From an uncultured Syntrophobacter sp. (GTDB lineage: Bacteria > Desulfobacterota > Syntrophobacteria > Syntrophobacterales > Syntrophobacteraceae), in NCBI GenBank assembly GCA_964539645.1, contig CAZIJV010000030.1:3200-35199 (forward strand): a stretch of DNA of 32,000 nt. Reading direction: 5' to 3'. The translations under genes were made by a program, and so were the position numbers. Shown piece after piece: positions 8,579 through 16,974 of the stretch (its first letter is position 1; each line of letters begins with the position of its first letter). Under the pieces are notes generated by a model that worked only from the letters and a program-made list of their open reading frames with translations, did no database searches and had not been told where the DNA came from.

Positions 8579-8983
8579 TCATCTGCCGGTAATGAACCTC
8601 AACAGGCGCCGCAAAAAGCCTTGGGGCGCCTGCGTGGCGAAAGGGAATTCCCCCGCGGGTCCAGTGGGCTGATGAGAGTCTTCGGTCATCGGGAACCCGC
8701 CCTCGAAACGATAGATACGCGCCAGTTCCGGCAAGTCCTGTTCCTGAAAATCGGAGAGCGCTTTACAGTGCTGTGCCTCGGCTTGCTCTCGATTGGAAGC
8801 GTTAAGCACCAAAATGGGATTGCCGGATTTTCGCGGTATAAAAAAGCGATTTGCTGCGAAAACGCAGGTTTCCCAAATCCCGAATCGGTTGCAGGACGTT
8901 GAAATGAGGTATTTGCGGTTTACCGACGGGTTAACGACCCGGGAGAGAGCGCCCGATTGTGTCCATTCCAACTGATCCGGCAT
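8579..8983 (-). CDS. Hypothetical protein (134 aa)
   Basis: A GAGGTG Shine-Dalgarno sequence lies 3-4 nt upstream of the ATG at 8983. The terminator-like hairpin lies downstream. The gene is co-directional with the flanking genes. The overlapping plus-strand ORF 8399-8902 is Arg/Gly-rich and looks less protein-like. Confidence 0.45.
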   Translation of the reverse strand: MPDQLEWTQSGALSRVVNPSVNRKYLISTSCNRFGIWETCVFAANRFFIPRKSGNPILVLNASNREQAEAQHCKALSDFQEQDLPELARIYRFEGGFPMTEDSHQPTGPAGEFPFATQAPQGFLRRLLRFITGR

Positions 8984-9089
8984 AAATCACCTCTGTTCAG
9001 GCACGGCAATTCCGTTTCAGCACGCTTGAAACCCCGGCCAGGGGCCTGATTGCTTCGGGTCAAATCGAACTGACTTCGTGACGCGGGTT

Positions 9090-10196
9090 CTATTCGTCCA
9101 GGAGCAGGTTCAATGCAGGGATGGAAGCTCCCGGTGACACCTCGCAGGAAAACACACCTCCTTGGTATGTCCCCGCATACAAATGAGTTCCCGAGGGATC
9201 GATAGCAAGGGTATAGAGTTGAGTATGAGTGAGGCCTGCATTCATGGATGTCCAGCTTGCTCCCGCATTTGTGCTCCTGTATACACCGTTCCCCCATGTT
9301 CCGGCAAAAAGGTTCGCCGGTTGAATGGGATCGATGACGAGAGCGTATACATCAGTGAACTGGGGAAACCCGGTGCTGAGAGCCGCCCAATTGCCACCGC
9401 CGTTTGTACTCTTGTATACGGCATTGTAGCCTCCGGCATAGAGGACGTTTGAATCAGCGGTATCCATGGCAAGGGTTTTGATACTCGGGTTTTCCGGCAA
9501 GCCGGTGCTCACGGCTGTCCAGGTTCCACCCCCGTTCGTGCTCTTGAACATACCCTCACCGCTGTAAGTAGTGACATACATCACACTGGGTTGAGAGGGT
9601 TTTATGACGACACTCGAAATGTAAAGGTTGGCGTCGGTAAGTCCCTCATTCGTGGCTGTAAAGCTGTCCCCGCCATTGACGCTTTTGAATACACCGCATC
9701 CGGAAGTTCCGGCATACACGATATCGGTCTGCCCCGGATTGATTGCAAGAGAATTTATAAAACAGGATGTGCCGGTGGAGTGCGTCCAACTCTCTCCACC
9801 GTTTATGCTCTTGGAAACAACGTTACTACCGGCATATACGGTGTTTGGCGCAACGGGATCTATCGCAAGGGAAAAAACAGCGGAGAGGAGAGAGGTGGGA
9901 GTCCAGTCCATCCCTCTATTGGTGCTTTTATATAGACCGTTGTTGGTTCCGGCATACAGGGTCGCCGGCTGAGCGGAGTGCATGGCGAAGCTCCTGGGGT
10001 TGTCAGCGGCAAGTCCCCGGGGAGTCCACTCATTGATGCCAGCCCAAAGAGTCGTCGGCAGGGCCAGGAGGGCGATCAGGCCGATCACCAGCAAGGTAAT
10101 TGTTGAACAACAGGCACTGGAGTCAGTCGCCATTGGCCGCAAAAAGTCTCTCCCGCGGCCGAGCCATTTTGCTTTGTGCTTCATAGCAGCTCTCAT
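9090..10196 (-). CDS. BNR/Asp-box repeat beta-propeller protein (Ycf48/sialidase-like fold) with an N-terminal signal anchor
   Basis: There are at least six Asp-box-like repeats: YKSTNRGMDWT, SKSINGGESWT, FKSVNGGDSFT, FKSTNGGGTWT, YKSTNGGGNWA and YRSTNAGASWT. The hydrophobic segment ITLLVIGLIALLALP lies near the N-terminus. AAGGAG lies 8 nt upstream of the ATG at 10196. Confidence 0.8.
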   Translation of the reverse strand: MRAAMKHKAKWLGRGRDFLRPMATDSSACCSTITLLVIGLIALLALPTTLWAGINEWTPRGLAADNPRSFAMHSAQPATLYAGTNNGLYKSTNRGMDWTPTSLLSAVFSLAIDPVAPNTVYAGSNVVSKSINGGESWTHSTGTSCFINSLAINPGQTDIVYAGTSGCGVFKSVNGGDSFTATNEGLTDANLYISSVVIKPSQPSVMYVTTYSGEGMFKSTNGGGTWTAVSTGLPENPSIKTLAMDTADSNVLYAGGYNAVYKSTNGGGNWAALSTGFPQFTDVYALVIDPIQPANLFAGTWGNGVYRSTNAGASWTSMNAGLTHTQLYTLAIDPSGTHLYAGTYQGGVFSCEVSPGASIPALNLLLDE

Positions 10197-10249
10197 CTCC
10201 CTTACTCCTTTCCGAGTAGTATCCTCCTCATAATGGCGCTCGGTAGCGC

Positions 10250-11803
10250 TCAGGCGAGCATCGCCTCGATCAGGCTCGGACCGGGTTCGGCAATCGCGCG
10301 TGCAAGCGCCTCAGAGAACCCGGCGTCAGTATTCACGCTGCAGGCGGGTACGCCAAATCCTTTGGCCAGTTGAACCCAGTCTACAGGCGGGCGCGTGAGA
10401 TCCGTCAGGGCCTGCGCCTTTGGGCCTGGCCGTGCTATTCCGGCGCGTGCAAGCTCGATCTGAAGAATGCGGTAGCGGCGATTGGCGCATATTACTACGG
10501 TCACATCCGCGCCCTCGCGCGCCATGGACCAGAGCGCCTGTGGCGTGTAGAGAGCGCTCCCGTCCGCCTGGAAAGCGATAACCCGGCGCTCCGGACATGC
10601 GACAGCGGCCCCGAGCGCCAGGGGCAGCCCGTGGCCCATTGAGCCGCCCGTCAGATTGAGTATGGTATGGGGTGCGGCGCTGAAAGAATACCGGCTGTTC
10701 CAGGCGGAACCGGAGGTGACCGCGTCGTTCACTACTATTGCGTTCTCCGGGGTGAACGCCGCCAACGTACGGCCCAAGTTATCCGGATCGAGCGGTTGAT
10801 CGCCTGGAGGGAATGCAAGGTGCGGGGCAGAAGACGGAGAGAGCGGCGGCGCACGCAATTCATCGGCCAGTATCTCGAGCGCCAGGGCCGCATCGATGTC
10901 ATCATCCGGATCTGCGAGGGTATGCAGCCTTGCCCCCTCCGGGAGGAGTCGTGAAGGCTGACCGGGATATCCGAAAAAAGAGATCGGCTCGTCCGCGCCC
11001 GTCAACACCAGCGCCTCGATGTCTGAAAGCGCCTCACGCGCCTGCTCGGGGAAATAGGGCAGGGAGGGAAACGCGGGCAGGTGACGCCCTCGCTCCTGGC
11101 GTGAAGGAAACGTCTCCAGCCAGACCGTGCAGCCCGTAGCGGCGGCCGTCCGGGCGGCTGCAGTAAGTCCTCGGCCGCTCAGGGCATTGCCGCCGAGCAA
11201 CAGCCCGCACCGTCCGGTTCGCAGCAACCGCGCCGCTTCCAGAAGTGTCGAAGAAGGAGGTTCTCGCAATACCGGGGCGGAGCGGACGGAAAGGGGCTCG
11301 GGTCCCTGTTCCCATTGGCAGTCAGCGGGAATTATCAGCGAAGCTACGCGTCCCGGCGGGCCGAAGGCCGCCTCGACCGCTGCGAGGCTTGCCTCCGCCA
11401 TCTCGTGCACGGACTTCACGGATCTCGTCCAGCCCACGGTTCCGCTGAGCGCTTTTATATCGGAGGTAAGCGGCGCATCGAATCCGAGGTGTGCGGTTGC
11501 ATGATCGCCGATCCAGTTGACAATGGGAGTGCGGGCGCGTCGTGCGTTGTGCAGATTTGCCAGGCCGTTGGCGAGCCCCGGGCCGAGGTGAAACAGAGTC
11601 GCCGCGGGACGGCCGGCCATGCGTGCCCACCCGTCTGCGGCGCCTGCGCAGACGCCCTCGAATAACCCGAGTACGACCCGCATTCCCTGGACACCGTCCA
11701 GCGCAGCGACAATCGGCAGTTCCGTAGTTCCGGGATTTGCAAAGCACACCTCTACGCCTGCGTTCATTGCGGTGCTCACCAGACTGAATGCGCCTGTTCT
11801 CAT
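10250..11803 (-). CDS. Thiamine-diphosphate-dependent enzyme, acetolactate synthase large-subunit-like family
   Basis: The N-terminal ThDP pyrimidine-binding domain motif (VCFANPGTTELPIV) is present. The C-terminal ThDP-binding motif GSMGHGLPLALGAAVA...ADGSALYTPQALWSMAREG...VVICANRRY is also present. I chose the ATG at 11803 (GGAGGAGAG upstream) over the longer ORF start at 11842. Substrate specificity cannot be inferred. Confidence 0.85.
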   Translation of the reverse strand: MRTGAFSLVSTAMNAGVEVCFANPGTTELPIVAALDGVQGMRVVLGLFEGVCAGAADGWARMAGRPAATLFHLGPGLANGLANLHNARRARTPIVNWIGDHATAHLGFDAPLTSDIKALSGTVGWTRSVKSVHEMAEASLAAVEAAFGPPGRVASLIIPADCQWEQGPEPLSVRSAPVLREPPSSTLLEAARLLRTGRCGLLLGGNALSGRGLTAAARTAAATGCTVWLETFPSRQERGRHLPAFPSLPYFPEQAREALSDIEALVLTGADEPISFFGYPGQPSRLLPEGARLHTLADPDDDIDAALALEILADELRAPPLSPSSAPHLAFPPGDQPLDPDNLGRTLAAFTPENAIVVNDAVTSGSAWNSRYSFSAAPHTILNLTGGSMGHGLPLALGAAVACPERRVIAFQADGSALYTPQALWSMAREGADVTVVICANRRYRILQIELARAGIARPGPKAQALTDLTRPPVDWVQLAKGFGVPACSVNTDAGFSEALARAIAEPGPSLIEAMLA

Positions 11804-12013
11804 GGTGATCTCTCTCCTCCTGTTTATGAACTTGATTATCATGTCCGGGAAGGATTACAACCTTCTTGAGGGAAAAAAGCTCTCATGGAGTTCGAAAAGA
11901 CAATGAAATAATCCCGATTCGTGTTGTATAAAAACTCATGTCCCGACCTCCGGCGCCGCCGGAGGTGTCTGACTCTTTCCATGGCGCCGACTCTCCGGGA
12001 GCAAAAGGAGCTT

Positions 12014-12523
12014 ATGATGTCTGAGCCCAAAGAAATATTCGTCCGGCTGGATAAATGTATGGGATGCCATTCGTGTGAGTTGGCGTGTGCGGTTGCACAT
12101 TCGTCCTGCCGCTCTCTTTACGGGGCTGTAAACGAGCATCCCCTGCCTAAACCGCGTGTCTACGTGGAAGCGGCAGCATCCCGAAAACCGGCGCCCATCC
12201 TCTGCCGACACTGTGAAGACGCGCCCTGTATGCACGCCTGCATCGCGGGCGCTATCCGGCGCACGGAAAAAGGAGTGGTGCTGACGCAGAGCGAGAAGTG
12301 CATCGGCTGCTGGACCTGCGTGATGGTGTGTCCTTATGGAGTCATCGGCAGGCACATCGAAGAGCACAAAGCATACCGCTGCGACCGCTGCCCGGACCGG
12401 GAAATGCCCGCCTGCGTTGAGGCCTGTCCCACCAGGGCGTTGGTTTACCGGAGTGTAAAAGACTTTTCGAAAGAGACGCGCCGAAGCGCTTCCGCCGGGA
12501 TGCTTGGAGCGCAGGGGGAATAG
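12014..12523 (+). CDS. 4Fe-4S dicluster ferredoxin-domain protein (DmsB/HybA-like)
   Basis: Multiple CxxCxxCxxxC(P)-type motifs are present: CMGCHSCELAC, CRHCEDAPCMHAC, CIGCWTCVMVCP and CDRC...CVEACP. I chose the ATG at 12014, with AAGGAG at 12005-12010. Confidence 0.85.
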   Translation: MMSEPKEIFVRLDKCMGCHSCELACAVAHSSCRSLYGAVNEHPLPKPRVYVEAAASRKPAPILCRHCEDAPCMHACIAGAIRRTEKGVVLTQSEKCIGCWTCVMVCPYGVIGRHIEEHKAYRCDRCPDREMPACVEACPTRALVYRSVKDFSKETRRSASAGMLGAQGE

Positions 12524-12525
12524 AC

Positions 12526-13779
12526 GTGGCACAGAGTGAAAAGCGCTATGTCATAGTGGGCGCCAGCGCGGCCGGCATGGCGGCTGCCGCGGCCATACGC
12601 GCAATCGACAGGCGCGGAACGGTCACCGTACTCTCCAATGAACCCGATCCGCCCTATTTCAGGCCGTTGATTCCCTTCCTGATCAGCGGAAAGAAAAAAG
12701 CGGCGGATATGGCGTTGACGGGGCAGGGGCCATATTCCGGCGACGGTATTGATGTCCGGATCAACTCGGGGGCCAGGAGAATCGAGCCCGGGGCGCAAAT
12801 TGTGGAGACCGCCGGCGGGGAGCGCCTCTCCTATGACCGGCTGCTTATTGCAACGGGCAGCAGTCCCTACATTCCGCCGGAGATCGAAGGGACCGGGACC
12901 GACGGCGTATATGCCCTGCGAACCCTTGCCGATGCCAGGGCCGCGGAAAGGCGCGTTGGGCAGTCGCGCCATGCCGTTATGCTGGGCGGCGGCATGTTGA
13001 ACCTCAAAGCGTCCTTTGCCCTGCTGGAGCGCGGGCTCAAAGTCACCATGATCGTCAAATCGCCCCAGGTGCTCTCTCAGTTGATGGAACCGGAGGATGC
13101 CGCCCTGATACGGGATGCGCTGAACAATGCAGGATTGAAGATAGAAACCGGCGCCGCTGCCCGCCGTATTCTATCGAACGGCAGGGGAGTAGACGGAGTC
13201 CTGCTCGACGACGGACGCACGATCCCCTGCGAGATGGTATGCATAGGAAAAGGGGTGCGGCCGAACGTTTCCTTCATCGACACGAAAGACATTAGAGTCG
13301 ACGGCGGAGTTGTCGCGGACCGGTACACGGCGTGCGGTGCGGTCAACGTCTTCGCTGCCGGAGATGTCGCCGTAACCTTCGACCCCATCACCGGCGGGCG
13401 CATAGTCACGGGCCTTTGGACCAACGCCGTGGAGATGGGCAAATGCGCCGGCGCCAACATGGCAGGCAGGCCGACGGAATACGGCGGCACGTTCGGCATC
13501 CTGAACGCGACACAGGTGGCGGACGTCGCCTTCGTCTCCATGGGAATCGCGCACACAACCGGACGCGACTATGAAGTCCATGTGGCCGCCTCGCGCAATG
13601 CCTACCGCAAAACGGTCTTTTCTCCCGACGGCGCCCGCCTGGTGGGGGTTTTGCTGGTGGGAGACATTTCCAGGGCCGGGCTGTACCGCTGCCTGATACG
13701 GGACAGGATGCCGATCTCGAGCATTAAATCGAACATCATCGATCATACCCTGCACTACGGGCATTTTATGTGCCGTTAG
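12526..13779 (+). CDS. FAD-dependent pyridine-nucleotide-disulfide-family oxidoreductase
   Basis: The GTG start lies 2 nt after the ferredoxin stop. The N-terminal dinucleotide fold is YVIVGASAAGMAAAAAI. A second Rossmann motif (AVMLGGGMLNLK) and the FAAGDVA FAD motif are present. The gene is probably co-translated with the upstream ferredoxin as a two-subunit redox enzyme. Confidence 0.85.
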   Translation: MAQSEKRYVIVGASAAGMAAAAAIRAIDRRGTVTVLSNEPDPPYFRPLIPFLISGKKKAADMALTGQGPYSGDGIDVRINSGARRIEPGAQIVETAGGERLSYDRLLIATGSSPYIPPEIEGTGTDGVYALRTLADARAAERRVGQSRHAVMLGGGMLNLKASFALLERGLKVTMIVKSPQVLSQLMEPEDAALIRDALNNAGLKIETGAAARRILSNGRGVDGVLLDDGRTIPCEMVCIGKGVRPNVSFIDTKDIRVDGGVVADRYTACGAVNVFAAGDVAVTFDPITGGRIVTGLWTNAVEMGKCAGANMAGRPTEYGGTFGILNATQVADVAFVSMGIAHTTGRDYEVHVAASRNAYRKTVFSPDGARLVGVLLVGDISRAGLYRCLIRDRMPISSIKSNIIDHTLHYGHFMCR

Positions 13780-13978
13780 GTAACGGTCTCTGATGGCAGG
13801 CCCGGGGGCGCATACCACCCGATGACTCTGATCGGTAGTGCGAAAACCGAAGGGTTTGGAAAGCTGATTGGCGGAGTGCAAAAATGTGAAGTTTCGCTTG
13901 GGTCTGAGGCTGTAATAGTATGATTTGGATCTTTTGAGCAAAAAGACAGGCCCGTGCATGAATACATAGGAGAGGTAT
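13657..13978 (+). repeat. Copy A of the repeated segment: the functional 3' end of the oxidoreductase gene plus about 200 nt of downstream tail
   Basis: 13657-13698 is identical to 17794-17835 (42/42 nt by eye). Further shared blocks are GGTAGTGCGAAAACC (13834-13848 = 17972-17986) and CTTTTGAGCAAAAAGACAG (13931-13949 versus about 18195-18213). Weaker protein-level similarity extends back to about 13546. Confidence 0.8.
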
Positions 13979-14092
13979 GTGAACTTTTCAGGGCTTGCTT
14001 ACTGACCCTACAGTGTCAAGCTCGGCGGCCGAGGGCCTTACACCATATGACACTGGGCGGTTCTGTCGTCGCCGGCTTGCCTGAGTTGGAGT

Positions 14093-14455
14093 TTATACCC
14101 ATTTCATTTCATCAAAGTTTCTGAAAGATCCTCCACACGGGCACTCTGTGGAGACATCTTCATATTTCGTCGTGCCGCATTTTGGACAGATAACGATACG
14201 GGGTTGTTTCACAAATTTGCAGTAGAGCAGTCCAAAAACAAAGCCACAAAGCAAAGACCAAGGCAGACGATGAAGAAGCTCATCGGTAGGCACAAGAGAC
14301 TGACCGCGGAGCATCGCCTCTCTCCATCCATATACGAGTAGAGTCATAAGACCTACCAAGAACCCGACAAATGCCGCGGCAAGAGCATGTCCCACACGGC
14401 GCTTCAATTTTTGCTTTACAAGCTCTTCCGGTGTTCTTTCTACCCACATATACAC
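14093..14455 (-). CDS. Small membrane protein with a C-terminal zinc ribbon (2 predicted TM helices plus CPKCG...CPCGG)
   Basis: The ORF is 120 aa. Hydrophobic segments are ALAAAFVGFLVGLMTLLVYGW and WSLLCGFVFGLLY. The C-terminus carries ICPKCGTTKYEDVSTECPCGG. It is co-directional with the TIR operon. Confidence 0.55.
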   Translation of the reverse strand: MYMWVERTPEELVKQKLKRRVGHALAAAFVGFLVGLMTLLVYGWREAMLRGQSLVPTDELLHRLPWSLLCGFVFGLLYCKFVKQPRIVICPKCGTTKYEDVSTECPCGGSFRNFDEMKWV

Positions 14456-14822
14456 GAATATCTCACCCAGTTGATGGCCCGGACATCTGTATTCGCTGAC
14501 TGGGACCGCAGGACAGGGGAATTCCTGCCTCTGGCTGCCCCTCTTGCCTATGACACTGGCGACAAAAAACCTATTGCCAGTGCCACTCGCGCATGCACAG
14601 CTTGTGTACCTACTCCTTTGCGATCATTTGCAGCTTAATCTTGCCGCCTGAAAACATCCCGCCTGCATCATCAGAAGCCACGTATCCCTTGCGTTCCTGA
14701 GCCAGATAGGGGTGGGCGCACACGGCTTTCGTGCCCACCGGCTTTCCATAATCTAGTGCATATTGGTGGGCATTGTGATACTTAGGCACACCCTTGGCTA
14801 TACGGGTCCCACGCTCCGCAGC

Positions 14823-16076
14823 TCAAGTGCAACGACCCTGAATAAAGTTGCCGACGATGTCCTCATAAATTGACTCGGCTGGTTCAAAAAAATCGAACAT
14901 TACGAATAGCGGATTCATCAATTCACGAGTCTTTTCCACCACACCACGATCCGACAATGGATGTTCGAACTGGATCGCACGTCCACAAGAATCCGCAGAA
15001 GCTTTGCTTTCCTGCCACATTATTCTACTTGGATTCGAGGTTGATAATTTGCGTCCCTTGATCCCTGAGTGACGAATCCGAAGCTGAACGGTCGCACCAT
15101 TCTGGACGCCTAGGTTAGTATACAGATTTCTACAATAAAGGAGCGCTTCTGCCGTTTGTACAATACGCGTATTAAAGAAAATAGCGTTGGGGTCCCTATC
15201 ATTCTCGAAGAGGTTTCGAGCGAGATAGAAATCTCCGTTCAGACGCAAAGCCCAATAATCAAATGACTCATGTTGGGTAAATCGGCTGGCTATCCTCGCA
15301 ACAATTCCATCTTCATCTGGAGTTGGCTTGCCATTATCCACGTGCAAAACGGCACCAATTGGCCAACCAAACGTCTTAATTTCCGAACGCTCAGCGACGT
15401 TTAGTAGCATTCGATGATCACTCCTCAATGAATCGGTTGAAGCACCGAACTCAACCTCCATGAAGGCGCCTCGGCGTTGCACCTCCGACATCGCTTCTGA
15501 TTGGTGTCTATGGAACCATTCATCTGCGAAGACGTCACGAACAGGGGATGAGATATAGGGATTTGTACCAAGCGGGGGTTTTGGGTTAAACGGTGCCTCG
15601 TGGAGCACGCGGGTTAGCTTTTCAAGATTACGGGAATAGTCCGCATCCACTTCAAAGTCGATATACATCTTGGTTTGAAGAAATGGAGGGAGCGTCTTAC
15701 TGGGATTATTCCTCAATATAGGGATAAACTTTACCACACCGCGATTCTGAAGGATCTCAGCTGTAACCAGCATCGTCTCATAACCGACTCCCCCCTTGCC
15801 CGCTACAGCCTTCTGAACGTAGTTCGCAGAACACACGATCACAACACGATCTACCGATGCCAAATGTTCCATAAACCTGGCAACATCATCTCCAGGCTTG
15901 AGGTCCCATACATCGAGAACCGCGTCAACACCTTTATTCCGGAGCTCGCTTGCAAGATGGAGAACCCAGTTCTTGTGATCGGCTGAATCATGTGAGTACG
16001 AAATAAAAACTCTCGGTGCCTGGGGCCGTGCTCGTAACGCATCGAGTTGTTCTTTTCCACTAATTCTGTCGCTCAT
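14823..16076 (-). CDS. TIR/SEFIR (STIR-superfamily) domain protein with a C-terminal domain of about 250 aa and unknown function
   Basis: The N-terminal roughly 160 aa match the bacterial TIR layout. VFISYSHDSADHKNWVLHLASELRNKGVDAVLDVWDLKPGDDVARFMEHL covers beta-A, alpha-A, beta-B and the BB-loop. VVIVCSANYVQKAVAGKGGVGYE follows, with a conserved Glu in the position of the NADase catalytic residue. GGAGAGG lies within the last codons of the upstream gene, about 9 nt before the ATG. Confidence 0.8.
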   Translation of the reverse strand: MSDRISGKEQLDALRARPQAPRVFISYSHDSADHKNWVLHLASELRNKGVDAVLDVWDLKPGDDVARFMEHLASVDRVVIVCSANYVQKAVAGKGGVGYETMLVTAEILQNRGVVKFIPILRNNPSKTLPPFLQTKMYIDFEVDADYSRNLEKLTRVLHEAPFNPKPPLGTNPYISSPVRDVFADEWFHRHQSEAMSEVQRRGAFMEVEFGASTDSLRSDHRMLLNVAERSEIKTFGWPIGAVLHVDNGKPTPDEDGIVARIASRFTQHESFDYWALRLNGDFYLARNLFENDRDPNAIFFNTRIVQTAEALLYCRNLYTNLGVQNGATVQLRIRHSGIKGRKLSTSNPSRIMWQESKASADSCGRAIQFEHPLSDRGVVEKTRELMNPLFVMFDFFEPAESIYEDIVGNFIQGRCT

Positions 16077-16079
16077 TGT

Positions 16080-16580
16080 TTAGGCCCTCTCCAATTCGAT
16101 GACATCAAAAAGCTCCGTGGGCAATTCTTCGATGACATACTCCGGTGATAGAGGATGCGCCCGTTTCGGCACCGGAACTTCCTTGAGCAGGTGAGAAACG
16201 CCTACAAAAGGAATCAAATAAAGAAGCGGACGAAAATCCGCACATTCTGCGGCGGCGGCAATTTCCTCAATTTTGCGTAACTCATCATCCGTGATGATAC
16301 CGGCACTGTGCTTATTCTGTGCGCCGTCGATTAGACTCGATCTGTTGCCAGTAATCTTGGTGCTGTGACCGTCACGACGACGAACCTCTTCAGCCAGGCT
16401 GTGATAGATATCTGAAGGACAGGAGGTCGGCGGCGGAGTGGCATGGTATCCCGGATGGTTTCGAGCGCTGAATACCGGAGAGCACCAGACATAGTGCACG
16501 CCTCCATAATAGAGAACGGAGATATTATACGCTAGCCAGGTGTTCACTGAATAGAGGAGGTTGTGCTTTTTAGGGTTCAT
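16080..16580 (-). CDS. Hypothetical protein (166 aa), translationally coupled partner of the TIR-domain gene
   Basis: The stop codon TAA (16080-16082) lies 3 nt from the TIR gene ATG (16076). I recognised no family. The composition is protein-like (WLAYNISVLYYGGVHYVWCSP...IITDDELRKIEEIAAAAE). Confidence 0.65.
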   Translation of the reverse strand: MNPKKHNLLYSVNTWLAYNISVLYYGGVHYVWCSPVFSARNHPGYHATPPPTSCPSDIYHSLAEEVRRRDGHSTKITGNRSSLIDGAQNKHSAGIITDDELRKIEEIAAAAECADFRPLLYLIPFVGVSHLLKEVPVPKRAHPLSPEYVIEELPTELFDVIELERA

Positions 16581-16974
16581 CGCAGGTTATTCTCAGCAAT
16601 ATCTTTTAAAATAAATGCAAAGCGAGAGCATCCGCATAAATGCGCGATAACCGGCGCTCGGACTAGAACTTCAAAAAAACTTCATTCAGCTTGCAGACAT
16701 TAAACCCTTTGGGCAGGATAAAGGCATGTCGCCATAGGATCAACCGGTAATTTCGCTTAATGCAGAACTTGCCACAAGGCCGAACCTGCAGCCTCCCTCC
16801 GTCTCAACAATGTATGATCTGAAACTGGAAATTTTTCAAGCCCTCGAGTTTTTGAAGTCCTGATCCATTCCAGCAGGAAATCCTCTATGGAAGCCGGGCT
16901 GAGATCAGTCGAAAGTAACTTGGATATGACCTCCAGAATGATCCGCCACAAAATATTGGGGATGAGATTGCAAT

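Noticed and set aside
8399-8902. The plus-strand 167-aa ORF in the 8.4-8.9 kb gap.
   Set aside because: It has an Arg/Gly-rich, low-complexity composition. It is opposite in orientation to all neighbours. The minus-strand alternative has a GAGGTG Shine-Dalgarno sequence and a downstream terminator-like hairpin.
14823-16580. Classifying the TIR pair as a Thoeris system, possibly with the SLOG-like gene at 6031-6582 as ThsA.
   Set aside because: No SIR2-SLOG or Macro/TM ThsA-like gene is adjacent. The SLOG-like gene is 8 kb away in core-like, high-GC context outside the att-bounded tract, and it has no effector domain. The link is not supportable from sequence.
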